This document shows positions 35,867-49,190 of a stretch of DNA of 64,000 nt, piece after piece. Within the stretch, counting starts at the first letter, position 1; every line of letters begins with the position of its first letter. The DNA comes from Octopus sinensis (Eukaryota): NCBI RefSeq assembly GCF_006345805.1, contig NC_043008.1, forward strand, positions 54,932,001-54,996,000. The letters run 5' to 3'. A program made the position numbers and the translations under genes. The notes under the pieces are model-generated. The model did not search any database. It was not told where the DNA came from and saw only the letters and a list, made by a program, of their open reading frames with translations.

Positions 35867-36599
35867 CATGCACACTTACATAAACATCTACAGACATGTT
35901 CACGTGCTCACAAAGAGACATTTTCAAGCATATATGAACATCACGCATAACTGGGCACATTGATACACATCCAAACTTTCCCACCCGCACCCACACCCAA
36001 AACCACTCCTACATATACACGCGCGTGTGCAATCCCACACACGTTTATACATACAGACGCTCACACACGCACACACTTACAGACTCATATATATCTATGC
36101 GCACACACATACACACATACATAACATATACAGACATGTTCATGTGCTCAAGCATATGTGAGCATCACGCATAACTGAACAAATTGATACATACACTCAC
36201 TTGTACATATACACATATTTGTGCAATCACACATACACACATTTATACATAGACACACACGTTTATGTGTATATATACAAACATTTTACTTATTTACATA
36301 TAGATATATCTATAAATTAACAGAGGTAGGTAGACGCTATATAAAGCCAAAAAGGAAAAATTCGATTGTTACTAATAGTGACTGAACCTTCAGGGTAGCA
36401 CTTACATTGCTAGAAAAAGGCCACAAAAAGCACATTCTATGAACTGACAGGGGAAATAACCGCCCCACAGCGAGTGAGATCAGTGTACTCTATGGATGTA
36501 TGTAATATCCATCTATATACACTTACTCTTTTACTTGTTTCAGTCATTTGACTGTGGCCATGCTGGAGCACCGCCTTTAGTCGAGCAAATGGATCAACT

Positions 36600-36947
36600 T
36601 TCTTGAACCATCACATTTTAAGTATCCTCAAAGCATCAGAATCTTTATCTCCAAATTTCACTGTTTTCGTCGTGTAACGTGGGTCGTTTCACTTTCCTGG
36701 AGGCCTTCTGACAAACTCTCGCTTATTAGAAAGCCAAACGACCCACGTTGCATGGTGTATTGCGGCAAGAAATCGGTCTCAGCGTTCCTGTCACTTTTGG
36801 AATCCGGCCTGGAAGTCGTTTTCCGTAAGCGCGTCGAGGACCTTGTGCGATTCGCTTATGATCTTGACATCGGTGTTGAAACGGTGACAATTGAGATATG
36901 TTTTCATCTTTGGGAAGAGATGGAAGTCTGCAGGGGCTAAATCCGGC

Positions 36948-37007
<60 letters not shown>

Positions 37008-37731
37008 CATACATACATACATACATACATACATTATTATAGCTGCCCCCTCGTTATCGAGTATGGCCATTGCACGAAGCTTAACTGTTACTGGTGCTGT
37101 GATCGAATGTGACTTTTTAGCCCAATTAAAGATCTACAATATCTTGTACAGAATTGGCAACTAAAACCTCATCAGGGCGGTGCGGAAGGGACACTATGTT
37201 GTTTTTGGCGAGAAACTCATGAGTGAGGAGAGCTCGGTGACAGGGCGCATTGTCGTCATGAAGAATCCAGGCGTTGGATTGTCTGCACGGATCCATACAG
37301 CAGACCAACAACATCAGCCATGTCGTTCATTCATTGTCCTCCGACGATCCTCATGCACAACCTGATGGATATTCTCCACATTTCCAGAGGTGAGGCTTAT
37401 GGCGGGTCATCCATATCGGTCATCGTCTTCCAGGGACGTTCTTCCAATTTTCAAGCGCCCGTGCCACTTGAAACATTACTTGCGAACCATTGCTTCGTTG
37501 CCGTAAGCTTGCAGAAGAATGCCCAATGTCTCTGTAGCAGACCTTCCAATTTCACGTTCGATCTTTATTCCAGCTTCCCGTCCATGACAAAAATCGCAGA
37601 CTACAGCATACACATGATTACAAAAACACAAATTTCACAACTTGCGAAGTAAACACAGCGATGTCCACTCGGCACACTGTCTGATGAAGGTCACTGCTAG
37701 CTTTCACTGCGCACAGATCTAGTCCGAGGAC

Positions 37732-37735
<4 letters not shown>
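36600..37735 (-). mobile_element. mariner transposase remnant with deletions and a (GATA)n insertion
   Basis: N-terminal ATETLGILLQAYG..SLEDD, then WILHDDNAPCH and SPDLAPADFHLFPKMK. Confidence 0.85.
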
Positions 37736-37795
<60 letters not shown>

Positions 37796-37882
37796 ATATA
37801 GTATATATATACATAATATAAATATATGCATATATACATACATATATGTACATACCTACATATATGTGTATATATACATGCA

Positions 37883-38055
37883 TATATGGGTGTAGGGCAT
37901 CAAAAGAACGTTGAACACAATGAGAAACAAAAACATAGAAAAGAACTTTCTTTCAAACAACGAAAAAATCCAGAGAAACGAGACATACAATATACAGAAC
38001 ATTCCCCTTCTTCAGTTGTCCCTGTTTCATCCACTCCACGCTCGAAGGCAAGGAC
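37883..38055 (-). repeat. PLE-terminal-like repeat
   Basis: Same family as 15183-15300, with GACAACTGAAGAAGGGG on the minus strand. Confidence 0.55.
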
Positions 38056-38087
38056 ATATATATATATTATATATATATATATTCGGA

Positions 38088-38601
38088 GACGGAGACCCCC
38101 TTCGGTCACGACACAGACCATGGGATTGCACCTAGAAAGTTACCCTCCTAGACACAAGTCCGGGCGAGGTTGTTTATGGAAGACCAGCAGTCGCCCATGC
38201 ATACCAGCCTCCCCTCTCCACGCCACCAGTGTTATCCAAGGGAAAGACAAAGGTCGATACAGCTTGGCACCTGTGACGTCGCAACTCATTTCTACAGCTG
38301 AGTGAACTGGAGCAACGTGAAATAAAGTGCCTTGCTCGAGAACACAACACGCAGTCCGGTCCGGGATTCGAGCTCACAACCTTACGATCGTGAGGTTGTG
38401 AGCTCGAATCCCGGACCGGGCTGTGTGTTGTGTTCTCGAGCAAGGCACTTTATTTCACGTTGCTCCAGTTCACTCAGCTGTAGAAATGAGTTGCGACGTC
38501 ACAGGTGCCAAGCTGTATCGACCTTTGTCTTTCCCTTGGATAACACTGGTGGCGTGGAGAGGGGAGGCTGGTATGCATGGGCGACTCGCCCGGACTTGTG
38601 T
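38088..38601. mobile_element. SINE family D folded back into a head-to-head palindrome
   Basis: 38393-38601 is the near-exact reverse complement of 38152-38382. The centre is ACGATCGT. Confidence 0.9.
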
Positions 38602-39314
38602 ATATATATATATATATATATATATAAAGACAAGATCACTAATTTAAATTAAATAACGATCTTATCTAGTGGACAGCATGGAAATAAAAACCTTCAAAGG
38701 CAATAATTATTATCAAAATTATATATATATGCATAGTGAATACACATACATACACATACACGCGCACACACACGCAAACACATCTCGCAGTGTTTTTGTT
38801 TCCATCACAAACGTCTCTGCCAAACCGCCGCATGAAATGCGCAATATATATCTTTTCTACACTAGACACAAGGCCCGAAATTTTGTGGGTGCAGGGGGCA
38901 GTCGACCGGTACTTAATTTATCGACGTAAGAAGCAATGAAAGGCAAAGTCGATCTCAGGGAGTTTTGAACTTAGGACGTAAAGTGGCCGATGCATATCAA
39001 ATAGAAATAAACTTTGGTTGCTTTTTCGTAAGATAACGAGTATTAATCTATGTAAACTAATTTAAAAGTGAAGTTCATTCAAAACAATAATACAGAAATA
39101 ACAATCCAAATAAAGGAAGGTAATGCGGTTTCTGCTAAAGTGGACCAATCTTCGAAGATATTATTCTTATTGTTTTCTTCGCCCAACAACTACTTCTCTT
39201 GTGGACTGAGAATTATTGTCTAGTCAACACCTGACGTTTGCTTTGCTCAAATGTCATACAAACAAATGGAAGCACACACACACATACACACACACGTTCA
39301 TCAAACTTGTCAAC

Positions 39315-39316
<2 letters not shown>

Positions 39317-39346
<30 letters not shown>

Positions 39347-39553
39347 TGTATGTATGTATGTATGTATGTATGTATGTATGTATGTATATATGTATGTATG
39401 TATGTATGCATGTATGTATGTATGTATGTATGTATGTATGTATGTATGTATGTATGTATGTATGTATGAATGAATGTATGTATGTAAGTAGGTAGGTAGC
39501 TATATATGTTTGTTTATGTATGCGTGTGTGTGTATATATGTATATATATATAG

Positions 39554-39584
<31 letters not shown>

Positions 39585-40430
39585 ACTTAGATAACTTAGA
39601 TGTTTCGACCAAAGATTGGTCCAGGCCATGTCTAACTTAATAGCACCACCTGATAGGATATATATATATATATATACACACACATGAAACGAATATACAT
39701 ACACATAGATGCATAAATGCACACACGTATATATCAATATGTATTCATACAAACATGGACACAATTATATATATGCGTATACATGTGTGTGTATATCTAT
39801 TCATCTGCCCGTCTGTCTGTATGTATCTGTGTATGCATGCATTTATGTATGTATGTATGTATGTATGTATGTATGTATGCATGTATTTATGTATGCATGT
39901 ACGTACGTATATATGTGTGTGTGTATGTGTCTGTATGTGTGTATGTATGTATGTGTGTATGTGTGTATATATGTATGTAAGTATGTATGCATGTGTGTAT
40001 GTATGTATGTATGTATGTATGTATGTATGTATGTATGTATGTATGCATGTGTGTATGTATGTATGTATGTATGTATGTATGCATGTACGTACGTATATAT
40101 GTGTGTGTGTATGTGTCTGTATGTGTGTATGTATGTATGTGTGTATGTGTGTATATATGTATGTAAGTATGTATGTATGCATGTGTGTATGTATGTATGT
40201 ATGTATGTATGTATGTATGTATGTATGTATGTATGTATGTATGCATGTGTGTATGTATGTATGTATGTATATGTATGTATGTATGTATGCATGTATGTAT
40301 GTATGTATGTATGTATGTATGTATGTATGTATGTATGTATGCATGTATGTATGTATGTGTGTATGTATGTATGTATGTATGTATGTATGTATGTATGTAT
40401 GTATGTGTGTATGTATGTATGTATGTATGA
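39317..40430. repeat. (TATG)n/(TG)n microsatellite block with a 186-bp internal duplication
   Basis: GCATGTACGTACGTATATATGTG occurs at about 39895 and 40081. Confidence 0.95.
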
Positions 40431-40574
40431 CAGTGTATCCGATTTATTGTTCGTCGCGGCGGTCCTAAATTCGTTTTAACTTTAGCGTGCGTGAGTGCTT
40501 GTGTGTGTGTGTGTTTCTGTGTGTATATAAAGACATGTCCACAAGACTGCCCAAGGTACCTCAACGGTACAGCC

Positions 40575-40749
40575 CGGATTGGCAACTACTACTACTACTA
40601 CCAGCAGCACTACCACCACCACGACCACCACGACCACCACGACCACCACGACCACCACGACCACCACGACCACCATTACCACCACTACTACTACTACTAC
40701 TACTACAACTACCAGCAGCACCACCACGACCACGACCACCACGACCACG

Positions 40750-40796
<47 letters not shown>

Positions 40797-40887
40797 CATC
40801 ACTATCACCACCACCGCCACCATGACCACCACTACTACTACTACAACTACCAGCAGCACCACCACGACCACCACGACCACGACCACG

Positions 40888-40918
<31 letters not shown>

Positions 40919-40926
40919 TCACTATC

Positions 40927-40999
<73 letters not shown>

Positions 41000-41630
41000 T
41001 ACTACTATAACTACTACTGGATCTTTTCGGTTTGAACGGCAGTTTTTAACATAATTTCTAGGTAACTAAAAAATGTTTAACTTCGTATACTGGCCGAGTG
41101 TGTTTATAAAACATCTTTTTCTCTTGGCTTTATTGAGAAAATTCTATAGTTTGTAAGATATTTGTTGTTGTTTTTTTCTTCAATTTCTGCAATTTCAACC
41201 AATCACTGACGTCTACTGAGGTAAAAAACATTCTGTGCCGTATGAATATGTCCCTCGTTTAAAAAACAGATTGGGTCTATTTACATTTGTGAAGAAAAAA
41301 AGATACCCTTCCCCCCACCCCTAACCCTAAAACAGATTAAAATGCAATAGATCGATACTAGGGTCATAACTATGGGTGACAAGTTCATATGACACGCTAG
41401 AAAAAACTGCCGTTCAAACCGAAAAGATCCCTACTACTACTACTACTACACTACTACTACTACTACTACCAGCACCACCACCACTACTACTACAACCACG
41501 ACCACCACGACCACAACCACGACCACCACCACTACCACCACCACTACCACCACTACTACCACTACTACTACTATCACTACTAGTACTATTACTACTACTA
41601 CTATTACTACTACTACTACTACTACTACTG

Positions 41631-41666
<36 letters not shown>

Positions 41667-41878
41667 TTACAACTACCACCACCACCACCACCACCAACAC
41701 CACCACCACCACCACCACCACCACTACTACTACTACTACTACCACGATTATGACCACGATGACGACCACCACTAATACTGCTACTACCACCACCACTAAT
41801 ACTGCTACTACCACCACCACCACACGACGACGACCACCATCACCACCACCACCAACAACACCAACACCAACACCACTG

Positions 41879-41915
<37 letters not shown>

Positions 41916-41930
41916 CACTACTGCCACCAT
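40575..41930. repeat. (CTA/CCA/CGA)n trinucleotide block split by a MITE
   Basis: Direct reading. ACTACCAGCAGCAC recurs at about 120-135 bp spacing. Confidence 0.95.
41019..41430. mobile_element. MITE with perfect 29-bp TIRs
   Basis: GGATCTTTTCGGTTTGAACGGCAGTTTTT at 41019-41047 and its exact reverse complement at 41402-41430. Confidence 0.9.
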
Positions 41931-42198
41931 CATTAGCTTCGTACTTGATCATTTTTTCCTATTATGTGCACAAATCTAGTAGGAGATAAGGAGTACAGGT
42001 GTGGTGTTTCGAATAAAGAACTCTCTTAACAATTACAATAACGATTCTATTATTGTGCATATTGATTCTTCCGGCGTTATTGTTGTTGCAGTTGTTTACC
42101 TGTAGCTGTTGTTTATGATATGATGCTGGTGCTGGTGCTTATTGGGAGAACAGCGCACATAGGCATTGCATGCACGTACGGACACGACACGCTCAAAC

Positions 42199-42257
<59 letters not shown>

Positions 42258-42627
42258 TATATATATAATATATTATATATTATTATATGTATATATATAA
42301 TATATACACATATACACCGTATCAAAAATGTATAGGTATGCGTCCTCATCTATTGTGTATATACTAATAAAAGTAATCATTATGTATGTATGTATGTATG
42401 TATGTATGTGTGTATGTATGTAGTATGTATGCATATATGCATGTATTTATGTATGTATGTATTTATGTATGTATGTTTGTATGTATGTATTTATGTATGT
42501 ATGTATGTATATATCTATCTATCTGTGTTTCTATCTATCTGTATATCTAATCTATCTATCTGTCTCTATCTCTCCCTCAATATATGTATATATATATATA
42601 TATATATACACACACATACATACTTAC

Positions 42628-42658
<31 letters not shown>

Positions 42659-43011
42659 TACATACATACATACAAACATATATACATACATACCTACATA
42701 TATATATATATATATAAATATATACTATATATTTGTGAAAAGGGCGGACGTTGTCTCATCAGCAGTTGTGCAGGCAAAAGTGTTAGTAAATGTGATCGGA
42801 TAGACCAGAAAAATTTGCACACATATGTTGTTAAAAGTGCTGGGGGCAGTTTTCATGGCAACTTTGAGTTTGCTCAATTGAAAGGCGTGGCCACTAGGCA
42901 AAAAAAAAATATCCTCATCTTTAAAATATGGCCCGAGTAGACCCGAATGAAATCAAGTTATAACACTAGCATATATATATATACATATATATATCTATAT
43001 ATATATATATA

Positions 43012-43111
43012 NNNNNNNNNNNNNNNNNNNNNNNNNNNNNNNNNNNNNNNNNNNNNNNNNNNNNNNNNNNNNNNNNNNNNNNNNNNNNNNNNNNNNNNNN
43101 NNNNNNNNNNN
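43012..43111. other. Assembly gap (100 N)
   Basis: A run of exactly 100 N between a (TA)n tract and a SINE fragment. Confidence 1.
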
Positions 43112-43577
43112 TTAAATAAGTACCAGTACGCACTGGGATCGATATATCGACTTAATCCGTTTGTCTGTCCTTGTTTGTCCTCTCTGTGTTTAGCCCCTTG
43201 TGGGTAGTAAAGAAATAGGTATTTCGTCTGCCGCTACGTTCTGAGTTCAAATTCCGCCGAAGTCGCCATTGCCTTTCATCCTTTCGGGGTCGATTAAATA
43301 AGTACCAGTTGCGTACTTGGGTCGATCTAATCCCCCAAAGATTTCGGGCCTTGTACTTAGAGTAGAAAAAAATATCTATCTCTAGAAAGGCGGCGAGCTG
43401 GCGGAATCGTTAAGCACGTCGGGCTGAATGCTTAGCAGCATTTCGTCCGTCTTCACGTCCTGAGTTCAAATTTCGCCGAGGTCGACTTTGTCTTTCATTC
43501 TTTCGTGGTCGATAATATATGTATCGACTTATCCCTCCCCGAATTTTCTAAACTTGTGCCAAAAATTTGAAACCAAT
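43112..43577 (+). mobile_element. SINE family B tandem fragment plus a second copy
   Basis: Tail-to-B-box junction GTAAAGAAATA|GGTATTTCGTC at about 43217. A new head starts at 43387. Confidence 0.85.
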
Positions 43578-44774
43578 ATTTGTCTTCTGACGTTTCTTCA
43601 TCAATTATATTTTGATGTAAACGATGAACATGGAGCATGAAACTAGATATGTGTAGGACATTGAGACTAACGTTTATTGTTTTTAGTTACTACTCAATTC
43701 AGTGAATATCATTTTTTTCGCAATATCGAATACCACATTTCATTTCAACAAAATTTTGGTTATATCACAAATACAATATTCGACATCTCATACAGAACAG
43801 ATACATTTATTGATCACTAGACACATTACTGAAGCTAAATGCCCAAAACGAGAGACAAACCCTCTGGACGAACACCGAGTGTGCCGGTGAGGGGTCACCA
43901 AGCTTTACCTCTCAAAGTCTCTGCTATGAAATTATGGAACTTCTTGTGAATACATATGCACACAGGGAGAAGTCAGAGAAATGTAAAAAGGAAGGAACAT
44001 CCTCACTCGAGGATATTTAAGTATTCTAATTAGTCAAAAATGGAGGAGAGTCAGAGTAAAATATGTATGTGTTCGGTAGTTCCATGATCAAACAAATAAT
44101 ACAATTACAGGCAATGTTCATTAGCGGTTTCAAATGAGAAATTTCGATGATAATCCATAAAACTGGAGAAATTCCTTCATTTTTACATCTTTCTGACCTA
44201 TCTCTCTCTCTCTCTCTCTGATGACGAATTATTCAGCTTATGGAATCCTTACTCAATATGATGATCCATATGTTTAAATTTTCTAGAAACAGCTGTATGA
44301 TATATGTGCACACCTATTCACACACAGATGCACATATAAGAAGGGGAGAAAAAAGAATTAGAGAAAGGAAAAGAGAAAAAATGAAAGGGAGAGAGAGAGA
44401 GAACAATACAGGGTATAGTCGCATCAAAATTATTACGATAAACTTACTTGGAAATGGTTGCATGAGTTTCAATCATATAATAATATAAATAAAAATATTT
44501 TCTCCATTTCTCCTCCTTTCGTTTTTCTCTCTCATACTTTCTCTAATTCTTTCTTTCTCCCCTTCACCGTTTTCTATCTCTCTCTCTCTCTCTCTCTCTC
44601 CATATTCCTCTTTTACTCTCTCTCTCTCTTACGTTGCTTACACGTGACCATCGTCCATCTTTCTTTTCCTCACGTGATCATCCTTCTTTTCCTTCATTCT
44701 GTCGCACAGACTTTACGCATTCTTCTCTGTTTCCTCTCCTATCTTTTCTCTTGTCAAAGAATATTCCTCCAGCG

Positions 44775-45105
44775 TTCGCTACCTTACCGCGTCTGGTCTA
44801 ACAACCCTCCATGTTTCTTTTCGTTTGGTTTGTTGTATGTTTCCACTGTCCTGTTTTTGTTATCAACTTTGACCCTCCGCAAATTCCAAATTTTATTTTG
44901 GTTCGTGGGAGCAACTGTTTTTCGAAGCCTCGTATTGTCGTGAATTGCTCGAAAGGTGGAGTAGATAAACAGTCGACAACTGATGAAGGGTCATTATTTT
45001 TGTTACTTGTCTTGTTTACCATTTGCTTCTCTCGTTGTTCGCATACCCAAGTTTGCCTTCGTATTTCAGGTTGTTTACGTTTTGTGACGTCCTGTACTCC
45101 ATATA
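44775..45105 (+). repeat. PLE-terminal-like repeat (reverse complement of 31-335)
   Basis: TGCTCGAAAGGTGGAGTAGATAAACAGTCGACAACTGATGAAGGGTCA..TGACGTCCTGTACTCCATAT. Confidence 0.6.
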
Positions 45106-45124
45106 AGCATATATATATATAACA

Positions 45125-45250
45125 CTCACAAGGCTTTGGTCGGCCCAAGGCTATAGTAGAAGAAACTTGCCCAAGGTGCCACGCAGTGGGACTGAACCCG
45201 GGACTATGTGGTTGGTAAGCAAGCTACTTACCACACAGCCACTCCTACGC
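45125..45250 (-). mobile_element. SINE family A, 5' part
   Basis: CTTGCCCAAGGTGCCACGCAGTGGGACTGAACCCGG. Confidence 0.85.
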
Positions 45251-45612
45251 CTACATACATACATACACATATAAAAATTGTGCTGTTGTGTGTATATGTA
45301 TGTGTGAGCACTTATTAAAGTATATTTATTCGCATATGTAAATTGTTGTAGTGCATTAATGCATATTTGAGGTGTGTACATCACAAACACACACACACAT
45401 ACACACATAAACACACACACATAAACACACACACAGAGACACATAGGACTATACACACACACACATACATAAAAACGTACAAGCACAGAATTACATTCAC
45501 AACGCACACATATTCAGGACAGCCATATTTAATGCGTGCGTGCGGTGTGTGTGTATCCGCGCGTGCGTGTGTGTGCATCTGTGCGTGTGTGTGCATCTGT
45601 GCGTGTGTGTGT

Positions 45613-45647
<35 letters not shown>

Positions 45648-45952
45648 CTATGTATATCCATGTTACTAGCAACACTTACACAAACACAACTACTCACTTA
45701 ACCTCACCACCTCGTTTCAATCTAATTACATATTTCCATTAAGATGTTTTAAAATCGCCATTTATTTCAAAATTCGCCATGTTAGTCACCATGTTGAATT
45801 TATAGAGAATTTAATTAACCGCCATACTATTCCGCTGCTTCTTTACGCAAATCCACCCATAGCCACTCCCGTCACTATCTCTCTCGTTCCATCTCTCGCC
45901 ATAAATATATATATGTATATATATAGAGAGAGAGATATAAATATATATATAT

Positions 45953-45987
<35 letters not shown>

Positions 45988-45999
45988 ATATATAATACA

Positions 46000-46033
<34 letters not shown>

Positions 46034-46035
46034 TT

Positions 46036-46072
<37 letters not shown>

Positions 46073-46084
46073 GCATGTATATAT

Positions 46085-46121
<37 letters not shown>

Positions 46122-47510
46122 GAACACTTCAAATGTGTGAATTAATACACAAATTTATCGACTGATAGCTAAAGAAATAAAGAAAGAAATCTATAAATAA
46201 ATTTATTTAATGTGAAAATCAATTAGAAAGAATTTCGGGAGTAATGATTTAAAAAAAACAAACAAAAAGAACTCTCAAAGTCAAGTGTTGTTTTGTTTCT
46301 TTAATTTTTATCATTTTTGACTTGGCATTTTTTAAATTTTTTTCTTTTTTTTTTTTTGTCTTTTGTCAGCTTAATTGATTGAAGGTGTCGCAGCTACCTG
46401 AGTCGTTGAAACTAAGATTGCATGTTTTTAGAATTTCGCTTCGCAATTATGTGGTTCCGTGTTCAATTCTACTACGTAAGTTCTTCAATCTATAAGCTTA
46501 ACTGCAATTTGGCGATTGTGCGCGGCTGCTTGGACGTCGCCGATTTGGAACGGTTGAATGGGCGTTCAGACTGTTTTGGCGATACAAATTTCTTTGAGAT
46601 GTTTCTATGAGACAAAATAATACAGCTATTGTTGTTCCTTGTTTGCATATACATTATACAACGGTAACAATGATAATTACAGAAATAAGTATAAAATCTG
46701 TGCAGGCATGGTTGGGAGGTTAAGAGACCTGCTTTACAACTACGTGGTTTCGAGTTCAGTTCCACTGCATGGCACCTTGGGCAGGTATTTTCTACTATAG
46801 TCCCGAACCAACATTTTTCCAAGATGATTGTGACCAGATTGTTATGTGCCGGGTTTGCCGCAATTTGGTATCAATTTTTATCCGTTTTCAGGTCTAGACA
46901 GTTACCATATGCTCAGCAGATATAAATGCTGACTCAAAAATTTTATGTGAATATACCAAGATATGTGTGATATCAGCGTACCTCTCATAGAACATATATT
47001 TTTGTGTGAATTTGGTTGATGGAAACTGTGTTGAAGCCCGTTGTATATATATATATTTGTGTGCGCGTGTGTGCGTGTGCGTGCATGTGTGCATGTATGT
47101 GATTATGTTTTTGTTTGTGTTTTCCCCTCCTCTACTTGACACCCGGTGCTAGTTTGTTTACGTTACGTCTCTGTAACTTAGCGGTTTGACAAAAGAGAAC
47201 GTTAGAATAAGTACCAGGCATTCAAAAGTAAGTACTGGGCTCGATTTGTTTGGCCAAATCTGTCAAGGTAATGCCCCAGCATAATTGTAGTCCAATGACT
47301 GAAACAAATAGAAGACCATTAAAAAAAGTATATGAAAAAGCATAAAAGCTATGTACATGATCCAGAAGTATTGATCCGCTAGAAACAGAACGGATTCTTG
47401 TGGTCTTTTACTGTTTACAATAATATTTTTTTAATGTTTTAATGTATCATACAGAAGTAATTTTTGACGCTGAATCCGAATTTGTTATTCATTTACTGTA
47501 TTCCATAAAA

Positions 47511-48090
47511 ATTTTGCGGAATTTGAACTCAGAACATAAAGACAGACGAAATATCTATTTCTTTACTACCTACAAGGGGCTAAATACAGAAGGGACAAAC
47601 AAGGACAGAAAAAGGGATTAAGTCGAAAGGATGAAAGGCAAAGTCGACCTCGGCGGAATTTGAACTCAGAATGTAGCGGCAGACGAAATACCTATTTCTT
47701 TACTACTCACAAGGGGCTAAACACAGAGAGGACAAACGAGGACAGACAAACAGATTAAGTTGATTAGATCGACACCAGTGCGTAACTGGTGCTTAATTAA
47801 TCGACCCCGAAAGGATGAAAGGCAAAGTCGACCTCGGCGGAATTTGAACTCAGAATGTAGCGGCAGACGAAATACCTATTTCTTTACTACTCACAAGGGG
47901 CTAAACACAGAGAGGACAAACAAGGACAGACAAACAGATTAAGTTGATTAGATCGACACCAGTGCGTAACTGGTACTTAATTAATCGACCCCGAAAGGAT
48001 GAAAGGTAAAGTCGACCTCGGCGGAATTTGAACTCAGAACGTAAAGACAGAACGCCCGGCTTGCTAACGATTCTGCCAGCTCACCGCCTT
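47511..48090 (-). mobile_element. SINE family B concatemer (about 177-bp unit)
   Basis: Near-identical units at about 47626-47810 and 47811-47990, with a single head at 48050-48090. Confidence 0.9.
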
Positions 48091-48329
48091 ATGTAGCTTG
48101 ACACACTACTAAAAAGATAGGAGCGGGATTGTCTGCCTGATCATTGGTCCTCTCACTCAGTGTTGACCTGGGGTTAAACAACAACAGCCCACTTAATACA
48201 TGCTTCACACAATCACCTTACAACAAAATACAAATCAACACCCCAAACACACACACACACACACACTTTCTCGCTTTCTTTCTTTTTTTCTCTCTCTCTC
48301 TCCTTCTCTCTCTCCTTCTCAATTCTAAT

Positions 48330-49053
48330 TTTATGCGTATTCGTTGTCACCGCCGCCGTTGTTACGATCTTCATCATCACCACCATCATAATCATCACCT
48401 CGACCACCACCATCATCATCACCACCATCATCATCATCACCACCTCGACCACCACCGCAATAACCACAGCTATCGGCGTGTTCGTCGTCATAGGTCATCC
48501 TCCTCCTCTTCATCCTCATCATCCCTGTCATCACCACCACCACCACCATCGGCGTCGTCGTCGTCGAAATCATCATCACCACCATCATCATCATCACAAC
48601 CTATCATCATCATCATCACAACCTATCATCATCATCATCATCATCATCATCATTTTCATCATCACCATCATCATCATCATAATCACCATGAACCCGACTG
48701 CGTCATCGTCATCATTAAGACCCCCTGATCAGCATCATTACAATACTCATCTTCATCTTCACAATCACCATCATCATCATTATCATCCTTCATATTCATC
48801 ATCGCCACCACATCCACCACCGATACCACCACAGCCGCCATCAACATCATCATCGTGGTGGTCGTGATCGTGGTCGTCGTGGTCGTCGTCGCCGTGATAG
48901 TCACCATCACCGTCACCGGTTGCTGCAGGGTGGAACATGAACCTACAGTAAATGATATGAAACAGTTCAAAGGCAACGTACCCGATGAAACCGCCGCCAC
49001 CCGTCATAATAAATAAAAACGACTACAAAAAGAATGAACGAACGAACGAACGA

Positions 49054-49085
<32 letters not shown>

Positions 49086-49117
49086 AATAAAGAAAGAAAG
49101 AAAGAAAGAAAGAAGGA

Positions 49118-49149
<32 letters not shown>

Positions 49150-49190
49150 AATAAAGAAAGAAAGAAAGAAAGAAAGAAAGGAAGAAAGAC
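48330..49190. repeat. (CAT/CAC)n and (AAAG)n microsatellite blocks around a short unique island
   Basis: Direct reading. Confidence 0.9.

Noticed and set aside
37680-37692. CTGATGAAGG as a hammerhead core
   Set aside because: No downstream stem II or GAAA is present, and it lies in the 5' region of a mariner remnant.
39709-40937. Long ORFs such as 256 aa MYVC repeats, poly-T/V/H/Y and SLSL repeats (also 54657-55697 and 57587-58124)
   Set aside because: They are translations of stop-free microsatellites with no coding signal.
41319-41330. Telomeric repeat CCCTAA
   Set aside because: There are only two units, internal to a MITE.
44946-44993. Circularly permuted (type II) hammerhead in the CATATATGG repeat family
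   Set aside because: GAAA and CUGAUGA occur in permuted order with a possible stem II, but no stem I pairing could be found in any of the four copies.
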